DNA of 30,155 bases from contig CAWDLW010000022.1 of NCBI GenBank assembly GCA_963803145.1, positions 1 to 30,155 on the forward strand, written 5' to 3'. Under the pieces are notes generated by a model. The model saw nothing but the letters and a program-made list of their open reading frames with translations. It made no database searches and was not told where the DNA came from. Position numbers and translations under genes: made by a program. Shown here piece after piece: positions 1-8,964 of the stretch. This stretch comes from Methanotrichaceae archaeon. Lineage in GTDB: Archaea > Halobacteriota > Methanosarcinia > Methanotrichales > Methanotrichaceae. The number at the start of each line of letters is the position of its first letter. Position 1 is the stretch's first letter.

Positions 1-473
1 TCAATCACGGCCACTATATTATAATAATTATTTTCTTTCTTCAATATCACTATATCTGGTACACGTAATTTGGTAGCATCAGTAAATATTTGACTTTTAG
101 CTCCATCAGGAATATTTTTTAGGCTTAAATCATGGTATATTATTATACTTTTATCCTTTTTATCTAATCTAAAACAGCGTGAATATTTATGTCCATCTAT
201 CTCAGTACATTTAAGTTCCTTTCCCTCATTTTGAGCCTCGATAAAGTGTTTGAAAGCCGAAAGAACAATGTATTCTGAAATACCGTGATACCCATTAGAT
301 GTTCCACTTTTTACTTTATAATTTTCCAATAAATTATAATGAATGTTGCTAAGATGCTCAGTTAATCTATTATCACTTACATCAAAAAGATTAGGTATTT
401 CCTTATCTATTGTATTAATAAAGTTATCAAACTGAGTAATAATTCCGTTAGTGCTAAATTCTTCTGCCATCAT
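1..473 (-). CDS. Partial (runs off window start) putative PD-(D/E)xK nuclease / restriction-endonuclease-like protein
   Basis: Not in the ORF track. Hand translation from ATGATG at 473/470, preceded by GGAG, is open to position 1: MAEEFSTNG...GYHGISEYIV...RVPDIVILKKENNYYNIVAVI(E/D). The PD-hydrophobic...IE pattern fits this fold. The DNA is very AT-rich. Confidence 0.55.
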   Translation of the reverse strand, partial: MMAEEFSTNGIITQFDNFINTIDKEIPNLFDVSDNRLTEHLSNIHYNLLENYKVKSGTSNGYHGISEYIVLSAFKHFIEAQNEGKELKCTEIDGHKYSRCFRLDKKDKSIIIYHDLSLKNIPDGAKSQIFTDATKLRVPDIVILKKENNYYNIVAVI

Positions 474-879
474 CTAACCAACTCCAGTAACACATACTAT
501 CTTCTAAATTGAGTTCTTAACATATATCGGTGATAGTGCTTCAGATAATGACAATACCTCTAACCTATATACTTAACTATCATTAAAAACTGGAAATTCC
601 CCATAAAACTATTATCCTATGTCTATGATGTCTGTTGGGTATTAGTAAAAGTAGCGGAAAAGCTTATATGTTGGATAATTATATAATTGAAAAAATGTAA
701 CACTCGTCGGAATCGATAACTATAGAACGAATTTAGGGATAGATATGGCAGTGGCAGAGCTACTGGGCTCATTACCTAAGGGATGATGTTGAATTGCGGC
801 ATTATCAGGATAATCTTAAGTAATTTATGCTAAGATGTATTTGTTTATGTTAAATGACGGGGAAATGCGAAGCGGCAAT

Positions 880-1728
880 ATGCCCCTTGAGCTTCAGGAG
901 AAGGCTGACTTGCTGCTCAAAGAGTTCATGGCGATCGTTGATGCAACTACCGAAGATCGCCATCTACAGAGGGGTATAGTCCGGAGTCAGCTTCCCTGCA
1001 GTATGGTTGCAATATTGGATAAGGAAAGCCTTTTCATTGTAGGGCAGTTTAGCACGCAAACAAGATTCTCCAATTACATCTATACCCCTGAGTCGATATG
1101 GCCTCTCCAGAAGATTAAAAGCAGTGCTCAATGGGAGTTTGGTTTCGAGGATCCGTTCATAATTCGGTTCCCTGCTGGCCTGCCTGATCAAAAAACCGAG
1201 CAGCGCCATGAAGAGCTGGAGAGGATAGCATCTGAACATATCGACTCTGAGTTCAGTAGATTCATTGGGCTTCTCAGCCTCTCACGCACAAGGCCGATCT
1301 TCGGGCCAGCAGCTCTTGCCATTGAGAGCCAATTGGCACTCCTGCTAATGCCGATAGATGAGCGCGGGAGAAGGAATTATGACACGATAGCAAAAGCAGC
1401 TGAGGAGAGTGGAATGATTATAGAGGTGGCAGGAGATATCCGAGAGGGAAGGTCGGTTGTTAGAGATTTATGGATTTCCCTTAACAAAGCACGAATCGTT
1501 ATAGCAGATCTTACGGGACCTGATCCTGGCGTGATGTACGGCCTCGGCATCGCCCATACTGTTGGAAAGGAGACAATACTTATCAGCCCGCAAGGCTCAA
1601 ATTATCTGACGGACATCCCCAAAACCCAAGTGATCGAGTATGAGGACAGCGATGAAGGCAGAGCTGTGCTTGAGCAGGAACTATTCCGGATCCTTAGCTC
1701 GATAATGCAGCCGATTGAGGAATCGTGA
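880..1728 (+). CDS. Hypothetical protein with C-terminal nucleoside 2-deoxyribosyltransferase/TIR-like domain
   Basis: ARIVIADLTGPDPGVMYGLGIAHTVGKETILI matches the ADLTxxNPNVxYELGxAHxxGK signature. Start is probably ATG 880; the ORF track starts at 835. Confidence 0.7.
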   Translation: MPLELQEKADLLLKEFMAIVDATTEDRHLQRGIVRSQLPCSMVAILDKESLFIVGQFSTQTRFSNYIYTPESIWPLQKIKSSAQWEFGFEDPFIIRFPAGLPDQKTEQRHEELERIASEHIDSEFSRFIGLLSLSRTRPIFGPAALAIESQLALLLMPIDERGRRNYDTIAKAAEESGMIIEVAGDIREGRSVVRDLWISLNKARIVIADLTGPDPGVMYGLGIAHTVGKETILISPQGSNYLTDIPKTQVIEYEDSDEGRAVLEQELFRILSSIMQPIEES

Positions 1729-1845
1729 ATGAATATGCTGCTTGTGGATAACTCGGCCTATAGTGTTAAATACGTCCTGCTTTATACGAAGCTGCGACTC
1801 CGGACTTGGCCTGTGAGCTCCACTTGACCAGGAGGGGAAAAGAGG

Positions 1846-2985
1846 TTGAAAAAGATAAAATTGGCAGTTGCAGGTATAGGAAACTGCGCAAGCTCTCTGA
1901 TTCAGGGAATTGAATATTATAAACATGCAGATGAAAGTGATTGCATCGGCTTGATGCATTATGATATCGGTGGGTACAGAGCTGGCGATATAGATATCGT
2001 GGCTGCCTTCGATATAGATGCACGGAAAGTCGGCAGCGACGTAAGTGAGGCAATATTCGCGCTGCCAAATTGCACCAAGGTATTTTATCCGGATGTATCC
2101 ACTAAAGGAGTCGAGGTCAAAATGGGCCCAGTTCTTGACGGCGTCGCCCCTCACATGCTGAACTATCCGGAGGATAAGAGATTCCTATTAGCTGAGGAGA
2201 AGCCTTGCGATGTTAGGCAGGAACTTGAGGATAGCGATGCTGATGTGCTTGTCAATTACATGCCTGTCGGTTCAGAGCAGGCCACACGATTCTATGCTAC
2301 AGCAGCTTTAGATGCTAGGGTTGGCTTCGTTAACTGCATGCCCGTCTTCATTGCATCTGACCCAAAGTGGGCGAAGAAGTTTGAGGATAGAGGAGTTCCA
2401 ATAGTTGGCGATGATATCAAATCCCAGATTGGAGCCACGATTGTCCATAGAGTCCTGACTCAGCTCTTCAAAGACCGAGCATGTACCCTCGACAGGACAT
2501 ATCAGCTCAACACCGGCGGAAACACTGATTTTCTCAATATGCTCAACCGGGACCGCCTGAAGTCCAAGAAGATCTCTAAGACAGAGGCCGTTCAATCAAT
2601 CCTGGATAAGCCTTTGGATGACGACAACATCCACATCGGACCCTCAGATTATGTGCCATGGCAGAAGGACAACAAGGTCTGCTTCCTGCGCATGGAGGGA
2701 AGAATCTTCGGAGATGTGCCAATAAACCTGGAGTTGAGGCTGTCTGTAGAGGATTCTCCGAATAGCGGAGGAAGCTCGATTGATGCCATCAGAGTGTGCA
2801 AGCTGGCAATGGATAGAAAGATCGCCGGACCACTTTTGGCTATATCCGCCTATACGATGAAGCATCCGCCCCTGCAGTACCCTGATGAGGTCGCAAAGGA
2901 GATGGTGGATAGATTCATCTTCGGAGAGATAAGTGAGCCTAAAAGCACTCCTGCAGCGAGACCGCAGACAATAACTGTAAAGTGA
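1846..2985 (+). CDS. ino1: myo-inositol-1-phosphate synthase
   Basis: GIGNCASSLIQG NAD-binding motif, GDDIKSQIGAT, YQLNTGGNTDFLNM, SKKISKT and EDSPNSGG. TTG start preceded by GGAGG/GAGG. Confidence 0.96.
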   Translation: MKKIKLAVAGIGNCASSLIQGIEYYKHADESDCIGLMHYDIGGYRAGDIDIVAAFDIDARKVGSDVSEAIFALPNCTKVFYPDVSTKGVEVKMGPVLDGVAPHMLNYPEDKRFLLAEEKPCDVRQELEDSDADVLVNYMPVGSEQATRFYATAALDARVGFVNCMPVFIASDPKWAKKFEDRGVPIVGDDIKSQIGATIVHRVLTQLFKDRACTLDRTYQLNTGGNTDFLNMLNRDRLKSKKISKTEAVQSILDKPLDDDNIHIGPSDYVPWQKDNKVCFLRMEGRIFGDVPINLELRLSVEDSPNSGGSSIDAIRVCKLAMDRKIAGPLLAISAYTMKHPPLQYPDEVAKEMVDRFIFGEISEPKSTPAARPQTITVK

Positions 2986-2988
2986 TTG

Positions 2989-3015
2989 ATGCCTTTATCC
3001 TTTATCAAAAGGCAT
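2989..3015 (+). terminator. Inverted repeat downstream of ino1
   Basis: ATGCCTTT (2989-2996) pairs with AAAGGCAT (3008-3015), followed by a T-rich tract. Confidence 0.4.
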
Positions 3016-3199
3016 AACTATTTTAGATAATAATCTTTAGCGCCAATATCGCAAACGGAAGAGATTTATCACTATCTGCAATAGTGCTATGAAGAATACC
3101 CTTACTATATGGTTTGTAAGAGATTAGAATTTAATCGCTATAGTCACCGCCAGTTTTAAGTTTTTAAAATTTTATATCATTATATTGGTTGATTCTGGG

Positions 3200-4864
3200 A
3201 TGAAGAAGTCAGGTTTAATTTTTGTCTATTTAATAATAGTTGTAGCTGTATGTCTATCGGGATGCCTGCAGCGAGGGCCTTCTTCAAATAGCAGCTCTGT
3301 GACAGCTTCTCCTGCGACCACAAACCATACGTTCACGAATCCTGCCCCTATGAATATGAGTGCTGCAACAGGGCCCTCCTCAAATGTAGCGATCATCTAT
3401 CTTGCGGCCAAGAATATAGCCTTCAATGAGAGCACTATCACCGTTCCTGCAGGAGCAAACGTTACAGTATACTTCGATAATCAGGATTCAGGGACTCCAC
3501 ATAACTTTGCAGTTTATGATTCGCCTTCTGCATCACAAACGATCTTCCAGGGCAAAATAATCACAGGCCCAGCTAAGGCCACATATACATTCACTGCGCC
3601 ATCCAATCCTGGCACATACTACTTCCAGTGCGATGTTCACCCGACCCAGATGAAAGGCCAATTCATAGTACAGCCTTCGGGAGCCACATCTCAGGCGGGC
3701 ATATCCCAGTCAAACGTATCTGCCTCCCGGACTCAAAATGCAAGCGCTGCAACACAGGCCATACAACAGATGAAGATGTCGGCAAGCGTAAATATCAAGG
3801 ATTATGCCTACGACCCTAGTACAATTACCATTCCGGCTGGAACTTCAGTAACTTGGACAAACCTGGATACTGTTCCGCACACAGTAACAAGCACAAACGG
3901 CAAATTTGATTCGGGGATCTTGGGACAGGGCAGGATATTCAACTATACATTCAGCGATCCTGGGACCTATAATTACTACTGTACAATTCATCCCTATATG
4001 AAGGGCCAGGTTGTTGTGACACCTTATGGCGGACTTTACCCCCAGAGTGAGATTCCAACAGCAGTGCCTATATCGACAACTTCACCTCAGCCGTCCACAA
4101 GAATAACAATAGATCTTTTGGCTAAGAATATAAATTTTGATAAGGACAATATCACAGTTATCGCCGGGGCACAGGTAAATATTAATTTCTTCAACCTCGA
4201 TGTCGGCATGCCTCACAACTTCGCCGTATATGCAAATTCAGGAGCCGATACTGTTATCTATCAGGGACCTGTGATCATAGGACCGAAGCAGATAACATAC
4301 ACATTTAACGCACCCGTAGATCCTGGCATCTATTTCTTCAGATGCGATGTCCATCCTAAAGTAATGACCGGCAATTTCTATGTCGTATCCAAGGATAATC
4401 TTGTGTACCTTACGCCTGGGACAGCTTCCCAGATGCAGCCCGCGAATTCTGTACCTGGCCAGGGAACATCGACTGCAGGCCAGAATGTAACAGCGACGGG
4501 ATCTGGACCTCAAAGCGTTACCGTAGATTTAACTGCGGAAAATATAGCCTTTGATATGAATACAATCACAGCTCCTGCCGGTGCCAGGGTTATTATAAAT
4601 TTCAATAACAAGGACAGCGGCGTCCCTCATAACCTTGCTGTATATACGGATTCTTCTGCAACTACAGCCATCTTCAAAGGCAATATCATCACTGGCCCCG
4701 CCGAGACAACATATACCTTTACAGCACCTTCCCAGGCTGGAACCTACTTCTTCAGGTGCGATATACATCCGACACAAATGACTGGACAGTTCGTAGTAGA
4801 GTCAGCAGGAATCACACAAACGACGAATGTAATGGCCGCGAACATGTCTGGAATGAATATGTGA
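3200..4864 (+). CDS. Lipoprotein with four tandem type-1 copper (cupredoxin) domains
   Basis: Signal peptide with lipobox-like VCLSGC. Four sites: PHN...CDVHPTQM, PHT...CTIHPYM, PHN...CDVHPKVM and PHN...CDIHPTQM. Ser/Thr/Pro linkers with many N-x-S/T sequons and a Met-rich C-terminus. Confidence 0.9.
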   Translation: MKKSGLIFVYLIIVVAVCLSGCLQRGPSSNSSSVTASPATTNHTFTNPAPMNMSAATGPSSNVAIIYLAAKNIAFNESTITVPAGANVTVYFDNQDSGTPHNFAVYDSPSASQTIFQGKIITGPAKATYTFTAPSNPGTYYFQCDVHPTQMKGQFIVQPSGATSQAGISQSNVSASRTQNASAATQAIQQMKMSASVNIKDYAYDPSTITIPAGTSVTWTNLDTVPHTVTSTNGKFDSGILGQGRIFNYTFSDPGTYNYYCTIHPYMKGQVVVTPYGGLYPQSEIPTAVPISTTSPQPSTRITIDLLAKNINFDKDNITVIAGAQVNINFFNLDVGMPHNFAVYANSGADTVIYQGPVIIGPKQITYTFNAPVDPGIYFFRCDVHPKVMTGNFYVVSKDNLVYLTPGTASQMQPANSVPGQGTSTAGQNVTATGSGPQSVTVDLTAENIAFDMNTITAPAGARVIINFNNKDSGVPHNLAVYTDSSATTAIFKGNIITGPAETTYTFTAPSQAGTYFFRCDIHPTQMTGQFVVESAGITQTTNVMAANMSGMNM

Positions 4865-4951
4865 AAGAATATGTGAAAGGCTAACGCTTCAATAGCGAGC
4901 ATATTCAAAGCGAGCTAAAATACTTCCTCTTATTCGAACTGGCGCAAGAAA

Positions 4952-5031
4952 ATAGTAATAGTAAATTAGTAGTGATAGTAAATTAATTAAGGTTGTAAAA
5001 CAATATTGAATTACTTTGAGGAGTTGATGAA
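4952..5031 (+). promoter_or_regulatory. Conserved upstream cassette, copy 1 (TAGTAAATTAATTAAGG...TTACTT..GAGGAGTTGATGA)
   Basis: Aligns with the regions upstream of 7221 and 8194. TATA-like TTAATTAA plus RBS. Confidence 0.6.
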
Positions 5032-6621
5032 TTGATTAAAAATCCTTCGATTAAAGCATTGGCGCCTTTGGTCATGCTGGCCATAATCGTTATGCCTGCA
5101 TATGCTGCAGCTGTTGGCGTCCCTCCAGAGGTTACCAATTATTCCAAAGACTGGCCCCTGCCGAACCATGATTATGGAAACACAAGGGCTTCAACAAATT
5201 CTACTATTAACTCAGGGAACGTTAATTCTCTTGGTGTTGCCTGGTCAATGCCGATTGTTGGCATATCAGCTTATGGCGGCGCTGCGAGCACACCATTAAT
5301 TCTGGGGAGTACAATCTACTTCCAGGACCTGAAGAGCAATGTCTATTCCCTTGACCTTAAGACAGGCAAGGTGGATTGGGTTCAGATGCTCAACGATACC
5401 AACTACGGTCCGAATGGTCCGGCTGTCGGATGGGGCAAGGTGTTCATAAACCGGGGTCACTTTAACCTTTCTGCCCTTGATATCAAGTCCGGCAAAGTGC
5501 TTTGGACAACGAGGCTCTCCTATGTGAATACTACCGGCATTGATATCCAGCCCACGATCTATGACGGCATGGTTTATGCTTCGACTGTGCCTGGAACATC
5601 GGATCTGAACTGGTACACTGCTGGTGGTATAGGCATGATTTATGCGCTGGACCAAGATACAGGCAAGGTAAAATGGAATTTCAGTACAGTGGACTCGCCT
5701 AATCTTTGGGGCCATCCAGAGATCAACAGTGGCGGAGGATGCTGGTACACTCCTGCCATTGACTTAAATACGGGCATAATTTATTGGGGCATTGCCAATC
5801 CGGCTCCATTCCCCGGCACCAAAGAATATCCCAATGGAAGCAGCCGCCCGGGTCCCGACCTGTACACTGACAGCATGATGGCTCTGAATCACAGCACTGG
5901 GAGCATGAAGTGGTTTAACCAGGTCTATCCCCATGATCTCTATGATTTCGATCTGCAGATCGCACCAGTTCTTGCCAGTGGAAATGTAAGCGGAAAGCAG
6001 CAGGATATAGTCATCGGCGCTGGCAAGATGGGCAAAGTCTTTGGCTTCAATCGTGAGTCTGGAGCACTGCTATGGTCAACAGCGGTCGGAGAGCATAATG
6101 AAAACGATTCGCTTGACAGGCTCCCCGAAGGGATAACAAGAACAATGCCTGCCGTTACCGGTGGCGTAGAGACGCCCATGGCATATGCAGATGGAATCAT
6201 ATATGTGCCTGTGATCGATAAGTTTGCCGATTGGACTCCTTCCGGCTTCATATCATCAACTTTCAGCTTCAGCACTGGAAGAGGCGGCCTCTGGGCAGTC
6301 AATACCAGCACAGGAAAGGTCCTGTGGTACAAGAAGTTCAATTCGATTGACGTCGGAGGAGCGACTGTTGTCGGTGATCTCGTGTTCACCGCTACATATG
6401 ACGGAACCATTTACGCATTCAAGCGAGATACCGGCGATAATTTATGGACGTATAAAGCACCGGCAGGAATCAATGGTTGGCCTGCAGTCTCAGGCGATAC
6501 AATAATCTGGCCCTGTGGTGTTGGTGGGATGCCATCCTTGATTGCGTTCAGATTGGGGATGCCTAGGCGTATCTTCTCAGTCCATGATGTCAACTGCAAA
6601 AACCAATGTTTCAATGGATAA
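5032..6621 (+). CDS. Secreted PQQ-binding beta-propeller dehydrogenase-like protein (quinoprotein family); C-terminus probably frameshifted
   Basis: Signal peptide, DWPLPNHDYGNTR start, repeated A(L/F)DxxTGKxxW Trp-docking motifs, GGGCW, YWGIANP, DLYTDS, HDLYDFD and GAGKMG. Confidence 0.85.
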   Translation: MIKNPSIKALAPLVMLAIIVMPAYAAAVGVPPEVTNYSKDWPLPNHDYGNTRASTNSTINSGNVNSLGVAWSMPIVGISAYGGAASTPLILGSTIYFQDLKSNVYSLDLKTGKVDWVQMLNDTNYGPNGPAVGWGKVFINRGHFNLSALDIKSGKVLWTTRLSYVNTTGIDIQPTIYDGMVYASTVPGTSDLNWYTAGGIGMIYALDQDTGKVKWNFSTVDSPNLWGHPEINSGGGCWYTPAIDLNTGIIYWGIANPAPFPGTKEYPNGSSRPGPDLYTDSMMALNHSTGSMKWFNQVYPHDLYDFDLQIAPVLASGNVSGKQQDIVIGAGKMGKVFGFNRESGALLWSTAVGEHNENDSLDRLPEGITRTMPAVTGGVETPMAYADGIIYVPVIDKFADWTPSGFISSTFSFSTGRGGLWAVNTSTGKVLWYKKFNSIDVGGATVVGDLVFTATYDGTIYAFKRDTGDNLWTYKAPAGINGWPAVSGDTIIWPCGVGGMPSLIAFRLGMPRRIFSVHDVNCKNQCFNG

Positions 6622-7009
6622 ATCCGCATCCCAGAATCGAACTGTTGCGACTTCTGTGTCATCATCCAAAGCTTCGACCAATCTATCAAACTTAATGCCG
6701 ACAGGTCAGAGTTCGAAGAATGTGGTTATAAACCTGACTGCAAAGAATATTGCTTTTGATAAGAATAGCATCACAGTGCCTGCAGGAGCGCATATCAAAG
6801 TGAACTTCGATAACCAGGATAACGGAATCCAGCATAACATCGCCTTCTATACAGATGCCTCTGCCTCAAAGCTCATCTATGTTGGAGCGATTATTACAGG
6901 CCCTAAGGAGATCACCTATGCCTTTGATGCACCGACCACACCCGGGACGTACTTCTTCAGATGCGATGTTCATCCAACGGTCATGACAGGCCAGTTTGTT
7001 GTGGAGTAA
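6566..7009 (+). CDS. Ser/Thr linker plus cupredoxin domain; probably the +1-frame C-terminal part of the 5032 quinoprotein
   Basis: No signal peptide. AKNIAF...QHN...CDVHPTVM is intact. It overlaps the 5032 ORF end. Deleting one base near 6565 gives IAFRLGMP-GVSSQSMM... Confidence 0.75.
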   Translation, partial: GVSSQSMMSTAKTNVSMDKSASQNRTVATSVSSSKASTNLSNLMPTGQSSKNVVINLTAKNIAFDKNSITVPAGAHIKVNFDNQDNGIQHNIAFYTDASASKLIYVGAIITGPKEITYAFDAPTTPGTYFFRCDVHPTVMTGQFVVE

Positions 7010-7048
7010 ATCGAAATTTCAGTCCACAGGCAATTGAAATTTCGTTTC

Positions 7049-7080
7049 AGGGGCACTTGGCCCCTTTCCCTCTTATTTTT
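7049..7080 (+). terminator. GC hairpin plus T-rich tract after the cupredoxin segment
   Basis: AGGGGC-ACTTG-GCCCCT then TTCCCTCTTATTTTT. It is preceded by a 10-bp inverted repeat CGAAATTTCA/TGAAATTTCG (7012-7044). Confidence 0.55.
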
Positions 7081-7142
7081 ATAATATCTCTGAACCCTCA
7101 TTCTGAGCGTCAGGACATTAATCAAATCATGGCTTTTATGCG

Positions 7143-7220
7143 TAGTAGTAATAGCAAAATAGTTAAAGGAGTATAGCGAAATAGTTAATACTCTAATGAA
7201 TTACTTCGGAGGTTGTTGAG
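7143..7220 (+). promoter_or_regulatory. Conserved upstream cassette, copy 2, with palindrome GAGTA-N15-TACTC (7169-7193)
   Basis: TAGCAAAATAGTTAAAGGAGTA...TACTC...TTACTTCGGAGGTTGTTGAG-ATG. Confidence 0.6.
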
Positions 7221-7988
7221 ATGATAAACGAGATCAAAAAGCTTGGTTTGATAATACTATCTCTAGTAATGCTGGCGGTCCTAACCTTGCCTGCATGTAC
7301 AGCACAGACGAGTACAAGTGGTATGCCAACGATAATGATAACTTCGCCAAAAGAGGGAGCAACGATTCCTGCAGGCAATGTCACAATAATGGTCAATGTC
7401 ACGAACTTTAAGCTGGTGAATAAGCTTGGCCAGGCAAATGTTGCTGGCGAGGGCCACGTCCATTACTACATTGATGTCGCAGTTCCAAAGACACCTGGCA
7501 AGCCTGCAACTACGGCCGTAGGCACATTTGCTCCCACACTTAATACAACCTGGATCTGGCCAAATGTTATGCCCGGCAAACATAACTTCTCAGTCCAGCT
7601 TGCGAACAATGACCATACTCCTTTGATTCCGCTGGTCTATAATACAGTCAATGTTACAGTCGTGGCCAATACAACCTTGAAGACGATGGCGGTACAGAAT
7701 ATTGCTATAGGTCTCATAGCCAAGAATATAGCTTTTAACACTTCCACGATCACTGTTCCTGCTGGAGCCAACATCACTGTGAACTTCGATAACCAGGATA
7801 CATACGTACCTCACAACTTCGCCGTCTATACTGATTCATCCGCTACAAAGACCATATTCCAAGGGAAGCAAATTACCGGCCCAGCTAAAACATCATATAC
7901 ATTCACAGCGCCTTCCCAGGCTGGGACCTACTTCTTCAGATGCGATGTTCATCCAACGCAAATGACTGGCCAGTTTATAGTGCAGTGA
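7221..7988 (+). CDS. Secreted protein: His-rich Ig-like (DUF4399-like) domain plus C-terminal cupredoxin
   Basis: Signal peptide, ITSPKEGATI, GHVHYYID...PGKHNFSVQLANNDH, then PHN...CDVHPTQM. GGAGG RBS. Confidence 0.85.
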   Translation: MINEIKKLGLIILSLVMLAVLTLPACTAQTSTSGMPTIMITSPKEGATIPAGNVTIMVNVTNFKLVNKLGQANVAGEGHVHYYIDVAVPKTPGKPATTAVGTFAPTLNTTWIWPNVMPGKHNFSVQLANNDHTPLIPLVYNTVNVTVVANTTLKTMAVQNIAIGLIAKNIAFNTSTITVPAGANITVNFDNQDTYVPHNFAVYTDSSATKTIFQGKQITGPAKTSYTFTAPSQAGTYFFRCDVHPTQMTGQFIVQ

Positions 7989-8005
7989 ATTAAGGCATTT
8001 TGTTT

Positions 8006-8029
8006 TGGGGCCCTCTGCCCCACTTTTTT
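8006..8029 (+). terminator. Hairpin plus T6 terminator
   Basis: TGGGGC-CCTCT-GCCCCA-C-TTTTTT, similar to the 7049 hairpin. Confidence 0.65.
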
Positions 8030-8121
8030 AGGAATATTTAGCGAATCTGAATCAGTCACTCCTTCTGGAGTTCCGTATAATGAAAATTTTCTCGTGTCAA
8101 ATCTTTCATGCAGGATTATAC

Positions 8122-8193
8122 TAGTAAATTAATTAAAGGAGTAATGCGATATACTAATTGCTCTACGGAGCTACTTCTAAGGAGTTGTTGAGA
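8122..8193 (+). promoter_or_regulatory. Conserved upstream cassette, copy 3, with palindrome GAGTA-N15-TGCTC (8139-8163)
   Basis: TAGTAAATTAATTAAAGGAGTA...TGCTC...CTACTTCTAAGGAGTTGTTGAGA-TTG. Confidence 0.6.
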
Positions 8194-8748
8194 TTGATAA
8201 AAAGTAAAATAGGCTTGATATTGCTGTCCCTAGTGGTATTAGCAATATTTATAATGCCAACATTTGCGCAGGCAAATAATAGTACCAATATGGGAATGAG
8301 CACTGGCAACATTGGTGCCAATACAGGATCCAACAATGTAGTCGTAAACATTATGGCAAAGAATATTGCCTTTAACATGAGCACGATTACAGCGCCTGCT
8401 GGCGCTCAAGTTACTGTCAACTTCAATAATCAGGATTCCGGAATACAGCATAACATTGCCTTCTATACAGATTCCTCTGCCGCAACGACCATTTACAAAG
8501 GCCCGATAACCGCGGGATCAAACATGACCACGTTTACATTTACTGCGCCATCCACGCCAGGTACCTACTTCTTCAGATGCGACGTCCATCCAACTCAAAT
8601 GATCGGCCAGTTTGTGGTAACGCCCATTACAGGTTCCAATACTGGATCTAACACAGGATTAAATACTGGCAGCTCAGGCTCCTCTGGCTCAAGTTCCTCC
8701 GGTTATAGTTCCTCGAGTTCAGGTGGATCTTACGGCTCTGGTTATTAA
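8194..8748 (+). CDS. Secreted single-domain cupredoxin with Ser/Gly-rich tail
   Basis: TTG start at 8194 chosen by analogy with the 7221 upstream region. Signal peptide, QHN...CDVHPTQM, and a GSNT/SSG low-complexity C-terminus. Confidence 0.88.
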   Translation: MIKSKIGLILLSLVVLAIFIMPTFAQANNSTNMGMSTGNIGANTGSNNVVVNIMAKNIAFNMSTITAPAGAQVTVNFNNQDSGIQHNIAFYTDSSAATTIYKGPITAGSNMTTFTFTAPSTPGTYFFRCDVHPTQMIGQFVVTPITGSNTGSNTGLNTGSSGSSGSSSSGYSSSSSGGSYGSGY

Positions 8749-8776
8749 CGATCAAATAAAGTAGCGAAGCAAGAAT

Positions 8777-8802
8777 ATCGCACCAAATCCAAATGGTGCG
8801 AT
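8777..8802 (+). terminator. 9-bp stem hairpin after the 8194 gene
   Basis: ATCGCACCA-N8-TGGTGCGAT followed by T-rich sequence. Confidence 0.55.
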
Positions 8803-8964
8803 TGTTTAATTTTATATGAATAAGATCACTAAAATTTAAGCATAATTATGCAGAAATTACAATACGATTTCCTTCTAAGAACTACTCATGTATGCGCCCT
8901 GAACAACCATCACCTTCCGAAAAGTTTAAGGATTTAGGGCGTATATAATTTTAAGTGATTTTGA

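Noticed and set aside
746-769. Similarity of CAGTGGC...GCTACTG to 30031-30049 as island-bounding repeats
   Set aside because: Short, gapped match compatible with chance. No integrase or tRNA nearby.
4855-4878. 12-bp tandem repeat GAATATGTGAAA at a stop codon (also CCTAAAATACA twice near 21491)
   Set aside because: Only two copies, consistent with local slippage duplication. Not a CRISPR or a supported target-site duplication.
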